A DNA stretch of 64,000 nt. It comes from an uncultured Hyphomicrobiales bacterium (GTDB taxonomy: Bacteria; Bacteroidota; Ignavibacteria; Kapaibacteriales; UBA2268). The notes beneath the pieces were generated by a model. It searched no databases and had not been told where the DNA came from. It saw nothing but the letters and a program-made list of their open reading frames with translations. Shown in pieces: positions 55,865-64,000 of this stretch (its first letter is position 1; each line of letters opens with the position of its first letter). Both the position numbers and the translations under genes were made by a program. Location of the stretch: assembly GCA_964509335.1 (NCBI GenBank), contig CAZDXB010000002.1:58253-122252 (forward strand). Direction: 5' to 3'.

Positions 55865-57028
55865 ATGTTAGAAAAAGTATTCTCAGGAACGAAAAATTAT
55901 TGGTTATGGATTATTTTTCTGCTCGTTTTAAGCGGCGTAGGAGTCGTCGCTTTTATACATCAGTTTAACGAAGGCTTGCAGGTAACGGGAATGAGCAGAG
56001 ACGTTACTTGGGGGATTTATATCGCTCAGTTCACTTTCCTAGTCGGAGTGGCGGCTTCCGCCGTTATGGTCGTTCTGCCTTACTATTTGCACAACTACAA
56101 AAAATTCGGCAAGATTACCATTTTCGGCGAATTCTTAGCCATCGGAGCGGTTATAATGTGTATGGCGTTTATTTTTGTCGATATGGGACAACCTCTTAGA
56201 GTATTGAACGTAGCCCTATATCCCACGCCGAACTCGCCTATGTTCTGGGACTTTATATCTCTCGGCGGATATCTGGTTCTGAATATAATAATCAGCCGCG
56301 TTGCGCTGAACTCCGAGAAGAAAGGCATAAAACCGCCGAAATGGGTTAAGCCGTTCATCTATATTTCTATTCCTTGGGCGGTCAGCATCCACACCGTTAC
56401 GGCGTTTCTTTACTCGGGTCTCGCCGCGAGACCTTTCTGGATGAGCGCTATTATGGCTCCCAGATTTTTGGCGACCGCTTTCGCCGCCGGTCCCGCCCTG
56501 CTTATCTTGCTTTGCATTATAATGGAGAAACTTACGAAATTCAGCGTTGGCAAAGAAGCTCTGCACAATTTGGGCGTCATAGTTACCTATGCGATGTGCC
56601 TGAACATCTTCTTCCTATTGCTTGAATTATTCACGGCGCTTTACAGCGGAATTCCGCATCACGCGCACCATTTCGAATTCCTATACTTCGGCTTGCAGGG
56701 CAACTACAGCATAGTTCCCTTTATGTGGACTTCCTCAGTATTAGCGATTATATCCATTATTATGTTGCTTATTCCCAAAATACGGAAAAACAAAACGACG
56801 CTTATGTGGGCGTGCATTTTCGTATTCCTCTCAATCTGGCTCGACAAAGGATTGGGAATGATTGTCGCCGGATTTACGCCGACTACTCTCGGCTACGTAA
56901 CGCCTTACTGGCCTACAATTACCGAAACGCTAATATCGATCGGAATTTTCGCCATTGGAGCGCTAATCATCACGGGGCTATACAAAATAGCGCTCACAAT
57001 ACGCCGGCAATTGAAACAAAGCTACTAA
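55865..57028 (+). CDS. dsrP: DsrP (NrfD/PsrC-family integral membrane quinone-interacting subunit)
   Basis: 387 aa with about 10 TM helices. Its position after dsrO is canonical. Confidence 0.85.
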   Translation: MLEKVFSGTKNYWLWIIFLLVLSGVGVVAFIHQFNEGLQVTGMSRDVTWGIYIAQFTFLVGVAASAVMVVLPYYLHNYKKFGKITIFGEFLAIGAVIMCMAFIFVDMGQPLRVLNVALYPTPNSPMFWDFISLGGYLVLNIIISRVALNSEKKGIKPPKWVKPFIYISIPWAVSIHTVTAFLYSGLAARPFWMSAIMAPRFLATAFAAGPALLILLCIIMEKLTKFSVGKEALHNLGVIVTYAMCLNIFFLLLELFTALYSGIPHHAHHFEFLYFGLQGNYSIVPFMWTSSVLAIISIIMLLIPKIRKNKTTLMWACIFVFLSIWLDKGLGMIVAGFTPTTLGYVTPYWPTITETLISIGIFAIGALIITGLYKIALTIRRQLKQSY

Positions 57029-57060
57029 ACAAAGCAAAAAATATAATAACGAGATTCAAA

Positions 57061-57087
57061 ACCGCCTCGATTCGGGGCGGTTTTTTT
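57061..57087 (+). terminator. Rho-independent terminator of the dsr operon
   Basis: ACCGCCTCG-ATT-CGGGGCGGT is followed by TTTTTTT. Confidence 0.85.
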
Positions 57088-57181
57088 ATTTTATAAAATT
57101 AAAATTATCTCTTTACTATTAGCCAAATTTTTTTTATTATTAAGTTTATGTTAAAAGACAGCAAACTAATTTGAGGTCGCT

Positions 57182-58015
57182 ATGAGCAAATCTTCTGAAA
57201 AAAATAACGGAAAGCCGCTCAAAAAGTATAAAAAGAACGGCAAGCTGAAACGAAAATACTACGAGAAAGAACTCGCCAAATTGCAATTCGAACTGGTCAA
57301 ACTCCAGCACTGGGTCAAGCACAAAGGATTTCGGGTAGTGATTGTCTTCGAGGGAAGAGACGCCGCCGGAAAAGGGGGAACAATCAAACGAATATCCGCT
57401 CCTTTGAATCCTCGCGGTTTTCGAATAGTCGCTCTGCCAAAACCATCCGACAAAGAAAAAACGCAATGGTATTTCCAACGATACGTTTCGCATCTGCCCT
57501 CGGCTGGCGAAATCGTTTTGTTCGACAGAAGTTGGTATAACAGAGCCGGCGTCGAATGGGTGATGGGCTTCTGCACAAGAGAACAATACAGAGAGTTTAT
57601 GCGCTCCTGCCCAGAGTTTGAAAGGATGCTCGTTCGGTCGGGCATAATATTACTCAAATACTGGTTTTCCGTTAGCGACGAAGAGCAGGAAAAACGCCTG
57701 CAAGACAGAGTGAAAAACCCCGCTAAACGTTGGAAATTCTCCGATATGGACTTGGAGTCGTGGGATAAATGGGTGGAATTCTCCAAAGCTAAAGACAATA
57801 TGTTCAAATACACAGACACCAAGCAAGCGCCTTGGTTCGTAGTAGAATCCGACGACAAGAAAAAAGCCAGGCTCAACTGCATCTCGCATATACTACATAA
57901 AATAGAATACGAAGACGTAATCCCAAGACCGAGAGAATTGCCGCCGAGAAAAATCGTCGAAGACTACATCAGACCTCCTAAAGAAGAACAAACTCACGTA
58001 CCGGAAATATATTAA
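57182..58015 (+). CDS. ppk2: Polyphosphate kinase 2
   Basis: 277 aa with Walker A FEGRDAAGKGGTIKRI and the lid/Walker B region LFDRSWYNRAGVE. Confidence 0.9.
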   Translation: MSKSSEKNNGKPLKKYKKNGKLKRKYYEKELAKLQFELVKLQHWVKHKGFRVVIVFEGRDAAGKGGTIKRISAPLNPRGFRIVALPKPSDKEKTQWYFQRYVSHLPSAGEIVLFDRSWYNRAGVEWVMGFCTREQYREFMRSCPEFERMLVRSGIILLKYWFSVSDEEQEKRLQDRVKNPAKRWKFSDMDLESWDKWVEFSKAKDNMFKYTDTKQAPWFVVESDDKKKARLNCISHILHKIEYEDVIPRPRELPPRKIVEDYIRPPKEEQTHVPEIY

Positions 58016-58037
58016 TCCGCCCGCGAATAAATCAACC

Positions 58038-58074
58038 GCGCGTCGCCTCGTCCGTCGAAGCGACGCGCTTTTTT
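58038..58074 (+). terminator. Rho-independent terminator of ppk2
   Basis: GCGCGTCGC (58038-58046) pairs with GCGACGCGC (58060-58068), followed by TTTTTT. Confidence 0.85.
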
Positions 58075-58307
58075 ACGATACTCAACATAGGGAATAATAA
58101 AAACCAGCCAAAACATAAATTTAAATCCAAAATCATTTCGTTTTTCCGACGCGAAAAAATCAATTCTTGAAAAAGTTTATGAAGACGGAGAAAAAATTGA
58201 AAATTTCTCAAAAAAAAATGAAACATTTCAAGAATTTCGTGTTATACACTATATACTTCGAACAATTTTTAAAAAGAAAAAACGATAGGAAAAACGGGAG
58301 GATTAAA

Positions 58308-61300
58308 ATGAAAAAGGCTTTACTATTATTATTAGTTGCTACAGTTCTTTGCAATTCCGCTTATAGCCAAATTTTCTCAATATTCGATTTAGACGCTACG
58401 AATTTCCCCACAATCAAAGCTAAGTTCATTGTAACAAAGCAAAACGGCGACCAAATCACTAATCTTTCTCCGGAAGATTTTGAAATTATCGAAAACGGCG
58501 TCGAAAGAAACGTAACCAAAGTGTCTTGTCCTTCTTCGGCGCCTCCCGTTCCGCTTTCGTCCGTTCTTACTATCGACGTCTCGGGTTCTATGTCGGGCAA
58601 AAACTTAGAATACGCCAAAGACGCCGCTAAAGCGTGGGTAAACGAGCTTTCTCTCGGCTCCTCCGATTGCGCTATTACTACTTTCGACACAAAAAACTAC
58701 TTCAATCAAGATTTTACCGTAGAAAAACACAAACTTCTACGAGCTATAAACAATATAAGCGCGAAAGGCGGAACTAATTTTGACGCCGGCTTCATAAGCC
58801 CAATGGCGGGCGCTCTGCTCGCCGCGAAAGACGGCAAACACAAAAGAGTCGTCGTATTCCTTACCGACGGACAAGCAGAAGGAAACAAAGAAAAAATAAT
58901 CAATAAAGCAAAAGAAATTAGAGCTACCGTCTATTGCGTCGTAATAAATGAATCCTGCCCCAAAATCTTGCAAGATATCGCAAACGAAACCGGCGGGAAA
59001 TGGTATGAAAAGATTACCTCTAGCGAACAAGCGGTAAAAATTTACAAAGAAATACTGCAAACGGCGCGAATAGGCAATCCCTGCAATATCGAATGGACGA
59101 GTCAAATAGATTGCGAAGCGTTTAAAAACGCCGATATAACTTGTCTGCCAATAGCGAAAAGCGCCGTAGTAAAATACAGAGTCGAAAAAGACCAAATTGC
59201 CTCACTCGAAGTTAATCCCCTTAGCGTTAGATTTGGAGGAGTGAAACCCGGCAATTCTAAAGACACAAACGTTACCGTTACGGCTTACAATTCAGATTTC
59301 TCAATCTCAAACATAATTGACGAAAACGAAGAATTTGAAATAGAACCTAAAAGCTTCGAATTGCGAAAAGGCAAGAGTCAAGATTTGACAATTACTTTTA
59401 CCCCTCAAGATAGCGGATATTCCTTTTCGCGTTTTTCTTTGGAAGGAAGCCCCTGCGGCAGTTATCTATACGTTACCGGCGGTTTCCCCGACGTTCCACC
59501 CGACAAAAAAACGCTAACGGTAACGCATCCTAACGGCGGCGAACAATTCCTCGCCGGCGCCGACACCGTCATTACTTGGGAAGGAATTTCTCCCGACGAA
59601 ACAGTCTCTTTGGAATACAGCGTTGACGAAGGAAATAGCTGGAAAAAAATTAGCGACGCCGCTACCGGCAACAAATTCCAATGGAAAAACCTCCCCGATA
59701 CAACAAGCGATAAATGCTTGGTAAAAGCGGAAGTCAACGACATTTTATTGTGGTCAACGGAATCAATTAAAAGTCAAAGTTTAGATTGGAATTCAGACGG
59801 AACGATGATAGCTTATCCCGGCGGCAATAATATTAAGATTATCGACGCCCAATCCGGCGAAACAATCCATATCTTTTCGGGACTCGACGTTAACGGCGAT
59901 AATCTCGCGTGGAGTAGCGACGATGAAAAAATTGCTTTCTCCGGCTCAAACGGCGCTTATATAATTAACGCGTTCACGGGCAAAGTCATAGAAACTCTTG
60001 AAAAAACCAGCAGTATAAAAGGTCTTGTTTGGAGCCCAGACAACTCTAAATTAGCGGCTGTGCAAAAATACTCAGTATTAATCTGGGACGCTAAAACCGG
60101 CGATTTGCTTAATAGATTAACCCCCGAAACAGGCATTGGACTTCTTGGAGTTGAATGGAGTCCCGACGGTTCGAAAATAGCCTCTTGTTCTTGGGCTATA
60201 TCCTTTAAAATCTGGGACGTAGAATCGGGCGAACAAATCAGTACTATCGAGAAGCACTCGGGAAGCGTATTTTCCCTCTCTTGGAGCCCCGACGGTTCGA
60301 AAATAGCTTCCGGCTCGCGAGACGAATCAATAAAGATTTGGAACGCCGATACGGGAGAGGAAATAAATCAGTTTACCGGACACGCCGGTTACGTTTACAG
60401 CGTCGATTGGAGCCCAGACGGCTCGAAAATCGTTTCAGCTTCGCAAGACAAAACCGTTAAAATATGGAACGTAAATACCGGCGAGGAAATAAAACACCTC
60501 GAAGGACATAATTACGAAGTCAAAACGACGCTATGGAGTCCAGACGGCTCGAAAATCGTTTCGGGTTCTACGGCTGGCTCTATCTTTGTTTGGAAAGCGG
60601 AAACGGGCGAAATAATAACCTCGAAAATCGGACACTCCGGCGCAGTTCGAGACGTAGATTGGAGCCCAGACGGCTCGAAATTAGCCACCGCGTCCAGCGA
60701 TTATTCCGTTAAAATATGGAACGCGAAAACAGGCGAATACTTAAATACGGTTTTAGGAAAAAGAGTCGCTTGGAGCCCAGACGGCTCGAAATTAGCCACG
60801 CTCGTTCACGATATATATATTTATTTATGGGACGCCGAAACAGGAGACCAATTAGATATTTTGGAAGGACACACGAATAACATACGAGATTTCGCTTGGA
60901 ACCCAGGCGGCTCAAAAATTGCCAGCGGAGCGAAATACGGCAGAATAAAAATCTGGGATATTAATACTAGCGAAGAAATTTTAACAATTTACGAAAGTCT
61001 AACGGACGTAAACAGCGTCGCTTGGAGCCCAGACGGCTCCAAAATCCTCTCTTGTAACGCTATTGCCTTTAATTTTAGAGGCGAAATAATAATTTGGGAC
61101 GCAAACTCCGGCGACAGAATTTCTACGTTAAGCGAAGAATCCGCTTATATCGAAGACGCTGACTGGAGCCCAGACGGTTCGAAAATAGCTTCCACATCCA
61201 CTTTTTACAAAAAAATTAAGATATTCGACGCCGATACGGGAGACGAATTACGAACTTTGTCTGACCTCAGCGTCTTTATTCATACGGTCGATTGGAACCC

Positions 61301-63209
61301 CGACGGGTATAGACTTGCCACCGGCTCAAGCGACAATACTATAAGAATCTGGGACGTTGATTCCGGCGAAGAAATTGAATCGATAAAAATGCATTCAAGC
61401 GACGTTAGTAGCGTAGCTTGGGGCGCCGCCGGACTCAAAATCGCCTCAGGCTCAACGGACCAAACAGCCAAAATCTTCGACTTAGGCGTAGAACCTCTGC
61501 AAAAAGACTTTTCCGACTCCGTTTGGTCGCTCGCAACGCCCAAAGCTGAAGCGCTCGACGTAGATATGGGCAAGGTAGTCGTCGGCGAAAGCAAAGACTC
61601 CGTCGTTAAAGCGTTTCTAAAAAATACGGGAGCGTATCCCTGCAAAATCAACTCCATCAGATTCAGAGGAAATTACTACAACCAATTTGATATAATAAGC
61701 GGGGTCCCGCCCTTCACTATTCCGGCGGGAGAGGAAAAACCCGTAGAGTTCCATTTTGAACCAACAATCGCGCAAGAAATCACGGCTTCTTTAGATATTG
61801 AAACCCAAGTAAAAACATTACGCCATACAATCAAAGGCGAAGGCGTTCATCCCGAACTGGAAGTCTTCTCCGACATAATCGACTTCGGAAAAGTCAGGCT
61901 CTCTTGCGACTCAGTTATTTCTAAAGTCGTTCTGACTAACATCGCGACGGAAACAATCAACATCGACTCTACCGTTATGCTCGGACCCGATAAAACACAG
62001 TTCGAAATTATCTCCGGCGGAGGAGACTTCACTTTAGCTACCCAAGAAAGCCGCGAAATAACCGTCCGCTTCGCTCCGCAATATACCGGCAGAACCAGCG
62101 GGCAAATCGGCTTTTATTACGACCATTTCGCTTCGCCCGCCAAAACGTTACTGTTCGGAGAGGGAATTAGCGACTGCGACGAAACAGGCTTCTACTACTC
62201 CAATTTCGACAACGCAGTCGATTTAAACGTCATAGAATACGCCGAGGAACAAGGAAACTCGATGGTATTAACGCCGGCGGCGGCTTGGCAAAAAGGAGCC
62301 GTCTGGCGCTCAAACAGAATGCCGGTCAAAAAAGGATTTACGACCGAGTTTTCCTTCAGGTTATCGGAGGGAAATCAAGACGCTTCGCCTACAAAAGAAA
62401 AATACGCCGGAGCCGACGGCGTAGCTTTCGTTGTGCAAAATCAATCGCCCGCGGCAATCGGTCGTTCCGGCAAGGGCGTCGGATATTCCGGCATAAAGAA
62501 CTGTTGCGTCGTAGAGTTCGACGCATACGACAACAACGTGGAAGGTCAATTCAGCGACCCGGGAGAGGTTCACGCAGGAGTATTTTATAGCGACAGTTCA
62601 AAGGTAGTATCCAGCGAACACGGTTCGCAAACGCACGCCGAATCGACAAGCGACATTATGCCTATAATTCCCGACGGAAGAACCTATTACGCTAAAATCG
62701 ACTACAACTTGGATTCGCTAAAAAATCTGGTTATATATTTAGATACGACCCAAGAGTTCAAATCGCCTCCGGTTTTAATAATAGAGAATTTCGAAGGCTT
62801 AGACAACATCGGCTTAGAAAAAGAGGAATTCGCTTGGGTAGGATTCACTTCGGCTACTGGCGCGGCTTATGAAAAGCACGAACTGCTCGACTGGTATTTC
62901 TGCCCGAAACCGACCGACGCCGTTTTAGACGTCGATTGGCTAAAGCAAGCTCAGGGAGATTTCGAAGCGTATCCTAATCCGACGTCGGACAAATTGAATA
63001 TAATGTATTCGTTAGAAAAGACAAGCTACGTAGAAATCCGCATAGTCGATTTAATCGGCAGAACCGAAAAGCTAATAAACCGAGAATTATCTATACGGGG
63101 CGAGCACAAGATAGAAGCGAACGTAAACGACTTAAAGCCGGGAATATACAACATCGTTTTACAGACGGACAATTACGTAAAAACGAGACGAGTTATAATT
63201 GTAAGGTAA
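58308..63209 (+). CDS. Giant secreted protein: signal peptide - vWA - Ig-like modules - 14 WD40 repeats - Ig-like x2 - L-type lectin-like domain - T9SS C-terminal sorting domain
   Basis: I prefer the ATG at 58308 (GGGAGG upstream, then MKKALLLLLVATVLCNSAYSQ). The vWA MIDAS motif is DVSGSMSG. Fourteen W-[SN]-P-D-G-S-K-[IL] repeats have a ~42-aa period. The lectin-like block is GADGVAFVVQN ... VVEFDAYDN. The CTD reads YPNPTSDKLNIMY ... PGIYNIVLQTDNYVKTRRVII. Confidence 0.85.
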   Translation: MKKALLLLLVATVLCNSAYSQIFSIFDLDATNFPTIKAKFIVTKQNGDQITNLSPEDFEIIENGVERNVTKVSCPSSAPPVPLSSVLTIDVSGSMSGKNLEYAKDAAKAWVNELSLGSSDCAITTFDTKNYFNQDFTVEKHKLLRAINNISAKGGTNFDAGFISPMAGALLAAKDGKHKRVVVFLTDGQAEGNKEKIINKAKEIRATVYCVVINESCPKILQDIANETGGKWYEKITSSEQAVKIYKEILQTARIGNPCNIEWTSQIDCEAFKNADITCLPIAKSAVVKYRVEKDQIASLEVNPLSVRFGGVKPGNSKDTNVTVTAYNSDFSISNIIDENEEFEIEPKSFELRKGKSQDLTITFTPQDSGYSFSRFSLEGSPCGSYLYVTGGFPDVPPDKKTLTVTHPNGGEQFLAGADTVITWEGISPDETVSLEYSVDEGNSWKKISDAATGNKFQWKNLPDTTSDKCLVKAEVNDILLWSTESIKSQSLDWNSDGTMIAYPGGNNIKIIDAQSGETIHIFSGLDVNGDNLAWSSDDEKIAFSGSNGAYIINAFTGKVIETLEKTSSIKGLVWSPDNSKLAAVQKYSVLIWDAKTGDLLNRLTPETGIGLLGVEWSPDGSKIASCSWAISFKIWDVESGEQISTIEKHSGSVFSLSWSPDGSKIASGSRDESIKIWNADTGEEINQFTGHAGYVYSVDWSPDGSKIVSASQDKTVKIWNVNTGEEIKHLEGHNYEVKTTLWSPDGSKIVSGSTAGSIFVWKAETGEIITSKIGHSGAVRDVDWSPDGSKLATASSDYSVKIWNAKTGEYLNTVLGKRVAWSPDGSKLATLVHDIYIYLWDAETGDQLDILEGHTNNIRDFAWNPGGSKIASGAKYGRIKIWDINTSEEILTIYESLTDVNSVAWSPDGSKILSCNAIAFNFRGEIIIWDANSGDRISTLSEESAYIEDADWSPDGSKIASTSTFYKKIKIFDADTGDELRTLSDLSVFIHTVDWNPDGYRLATGSSDNTIRIWDVDSGEEIESIKMHSSDVSSVAWGAAGLKIASGSTDQTAKIFDLGVEPLQKDFSDSVWSLATPKAEALDVDMGKVVVGESKDSVVKAFLKNTGAYPCKINSIRFRGNYYNQFDIISGVPPFTIPAGEEKPVEFHFEPTIAQEITASLDIETQVKTLRHTIKGEGVHPELEVFSDIIDFGKVRLSCDSVISKVVLTNIATETINIDSTVMLGPDKTQFEIISGGGDFTLATQESREITVRFAPQYTGRTSGQIGFYYDHFASPAKTLLFGEGISDCDETGFYYSNFDNAVDLNVIEYAEEQGNSMVLTPAAAWQKGAVWRSNRMPVKKGFTTEFSFRLSEGNQDASPTKEKYAGADGVAFVVQNQSPAAIGRSGKGVGYSGIKNCCVVEFDAYDNNVEGQFSDPGEVHAGVFYSDSSKVVSSEHGSQTHAESTSDIMPIIPDGRTYYAKIDYNLDSLKNLVIYLDTTQEFKSPPVLIIENFEGLDNIGLEKEEFAWVGFTSATGAAYEKHELLDWYFCPKPTDAVLDVDWLKQAQGDFEAYPNPTSDKLNIMYSLEKTSYVEIRIVDLIGRTEKLINRELSIRGEHKIEANVNDLKPGIYNIVLQTDNYVKTRRVIIVR
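59748..61490 (+). repeat. Coding WD40 repeat array (~126-nt period, 14 units)
   Basis: The core TGGAG[CT]CC[AC]GACGG[CT]TCGAAAAT recurs at about 60153, 60283, 60409, 60533, 60660, 60771, 61023 and 61163. More diverged copies lie elsewhere. Confidence 0.85.
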
Positions 63210-63230
63210 ATTTGGCGACGAGACGGAAAA

Positions 63231-63260
63231 CTCCTTACAAAATCGGAGTTTTGTAAGGAG
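63231..63260. terminator. 12-bp hairpin between convergent genes (bidirectional terminator candidate)
   Basis: The hairpin is CTCCTTACAAAA-TCGGAG-TTTTGTAAGGAG. A TTTT run follows on the minus strand. Confidence 0.6.
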
Positions 63261-63346
63261 AACGCAAGATTTAACTCCTTCCCAAATTGCAATTTGGAGA
63301 GGAGTAGGAGACGGTAGAGACCCAAAATTTTGCATCTCTGCAACTA

Positions 63347-63646
63347 TCAATTTATCTGAATGCCCGTTTTGAGGATACGCTTTGCAAATCCGCTTTTGTC
63401 GGATTTCTCCGAAATTATTATCGGTTCTATACGAACGTCGATTTTATCGACTAATTCAAAAAGCTTAGCCGACAAAATCCAGTGATTTGGGCTTATTTCG
63501 TTTACAAAAAAAGCGACGTCGATATCGCTTTCTTCTTTTTGTTCGCCTCTTGAAAACGAACCAAAAACAACTACTCTTTCAAAATCCAAAAAACTCTTCG
63601 CTCGTTTCGCAAGCTCTTTTACTTTGTCAATAACTTCTTTATCCAT
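63347..63646 (-). CDS. Minimal nucleotidyltransferase (MNT) antitoxin-type protein
   Basis: 99 aa with VVFGSFSRGEQKEESDIDVAF (G-S ... D-x-D). Confidence 0.85.
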   Translation of the reverse strand: MDKEVIDKVKELAKRAKSFLDFERVVVFGSFSRGEQKEESDIDVAFFVNEISPNHWILSAKLFELVDKIDVRIEPIIISEKSDKSGFAKRILKTGIQIN

Positions 63647-64000
63647 TTAAAAAATTCCTTAAGTTCAGAATACAACTGTTCACAGTAATCTTGAGACAGA
63701 TGCTTACTAATTTCCGCCTTATTTGTTGGATACCTTGCCTCAATATTTAGAGGCGCCAACTTATAAAGTAATTCTTTATTTTTTTCATTAAGTAATTCGT
63801 TTATTCCAGACCTTTCCGATAGTTTTAAAAGATTATGGATATAGGGCGGCTCTTCCGATTTTTTCTTTAAAAAATAAGCCTTTAGAAGTTTTTCAGCGGT
63901 TAAATGACATAAAAATCCAAAATGAAGAAAACGTTTTGACTTTAAAACAATTTCAGCTGTAATGAAATCTTCTTCAGCTAAATCTAGCCAATATTCAATC
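63619..64000 (-). CDS. HEPN-domain protein, 5'-truncated by window end
   Basis: This ORF is not in the track because it has no start in the window. Manual translation of the minus strand gives ...IEYWLDLAEEDFITAEIVLKSKRFLHFGFLCHLTAEKLLKAYF...LNIEARYPTNK...KEFFKWIKKLLTK*. It overlaps the MNT start by 28 nt. Confidence 0.7.
   Translation of the reverse strand, partial: IEYWLDLAEEDFITAEIVLKSKRFLHFGFLCHLTAEKLLKAYFLKKKSEEPPYIHNLLKLSERSGINELLNEKNKELLYKLAPLNIEARYPTNKAEISKHLSQDYCEQLYSELKEFFKWIKKLLTK

Noticed and set aside
58167-58307. Upstream extension of the giant gene (track start at 58167), and similarly 5518-5619 for the lipoprotein and 8819-8872 for bcp.
   Set aside because: The extensions are Lys/Phe-rich translations of AT-rich promoter DNA with no RBS. 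The internal ATGs have GGAGG-type sites and begin proper signal peptides or conserved N-termini.
59748-61490. Regularly spaced ~25-nt repeats that could superficially resemble a CRISPR array.
   Set aside because: The period is ~126 nt, the repeats are in frame within a long ORF, and they encode the W-S-P-D-G-S-K core of WD40 blades. No cas genes are present.
1-64000. tRNA, rRNA, riboswitch or CRISPR features.
   Set aside because: Scanning the intergenic regions by eye showed no T-loop/acceptor-type tRNA signatures (such as GGTTCGAATCC), no rRNA-like conserved blocks and no repeat-spacer arrays. Absence by eye is not proof; tRNAscan-SE, Infernal and a CRISPR finder should be run.

Overview
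This is a 64-kb chromosomal segment of a moderately AT-rich bacterium. T9SS C-terminal sorting domains, a flagellar export operon and a dsrMKJOP cluster together suggest an FCB-superphylum (Ignavibacteria/Bacteroidota-like) organism; this placement is inference only. All calls come from reading the ORF translations and the DNA by eye; no searches were run and GC statements are not computed.

Backbone content:
- lon (5'-truncated), then DUF58, then an orphan m5C DNA methyltransferase.
- dnaX, bcp and tatD.
- A cell-envelope gene trio.
- Acyl-CoA dehydrogenase and pepD.
- hsp20, hsp20, dnaK and def.
- fliPQR-flhBA.
- hemE, hemN, hemH and hemY.
- A PAP2 / GT2 / GT-C / flippase glycosylation locus.
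- A canonical dsrMKJOP cluster.
- ppk2.
- A 1633-aa secreted vWA / 14xWD40 / lectin / T9SS protein.

Small accessory islets, several visibly more AT-rich than their flanks:
- Three HEPN/MNT toxin-antitoxin loci; one is a decayed duplicate and one is cut by the window end.
- A solo RhuM-Doc protein.
- A TcmP + three-Cys DUF5131 (Gp37/Gp68) pair.
- An intact orphan phage terminase large subunit.
- A stand-alone formyltransferase.

I could not find any rRNA, tRNA, CRISPR array, integrase or transposase.

Most interesting observations:
1. The functionally uncharacterised TcmP/three-Cys pair, the best candidate for an undescribed nucleic-acid modification or defence module.
2. An A9 tract in dnaX at the tau/gamma boundary, with stops in both alternative frames.
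3. The secreted WD40 giant protein.
4. dsrMKJOP with no dsrAB/dsrC in view.
5. A TatD ORF that runs in frame, without a stop, into a signal-peptide-bearing beta-barrel gene.
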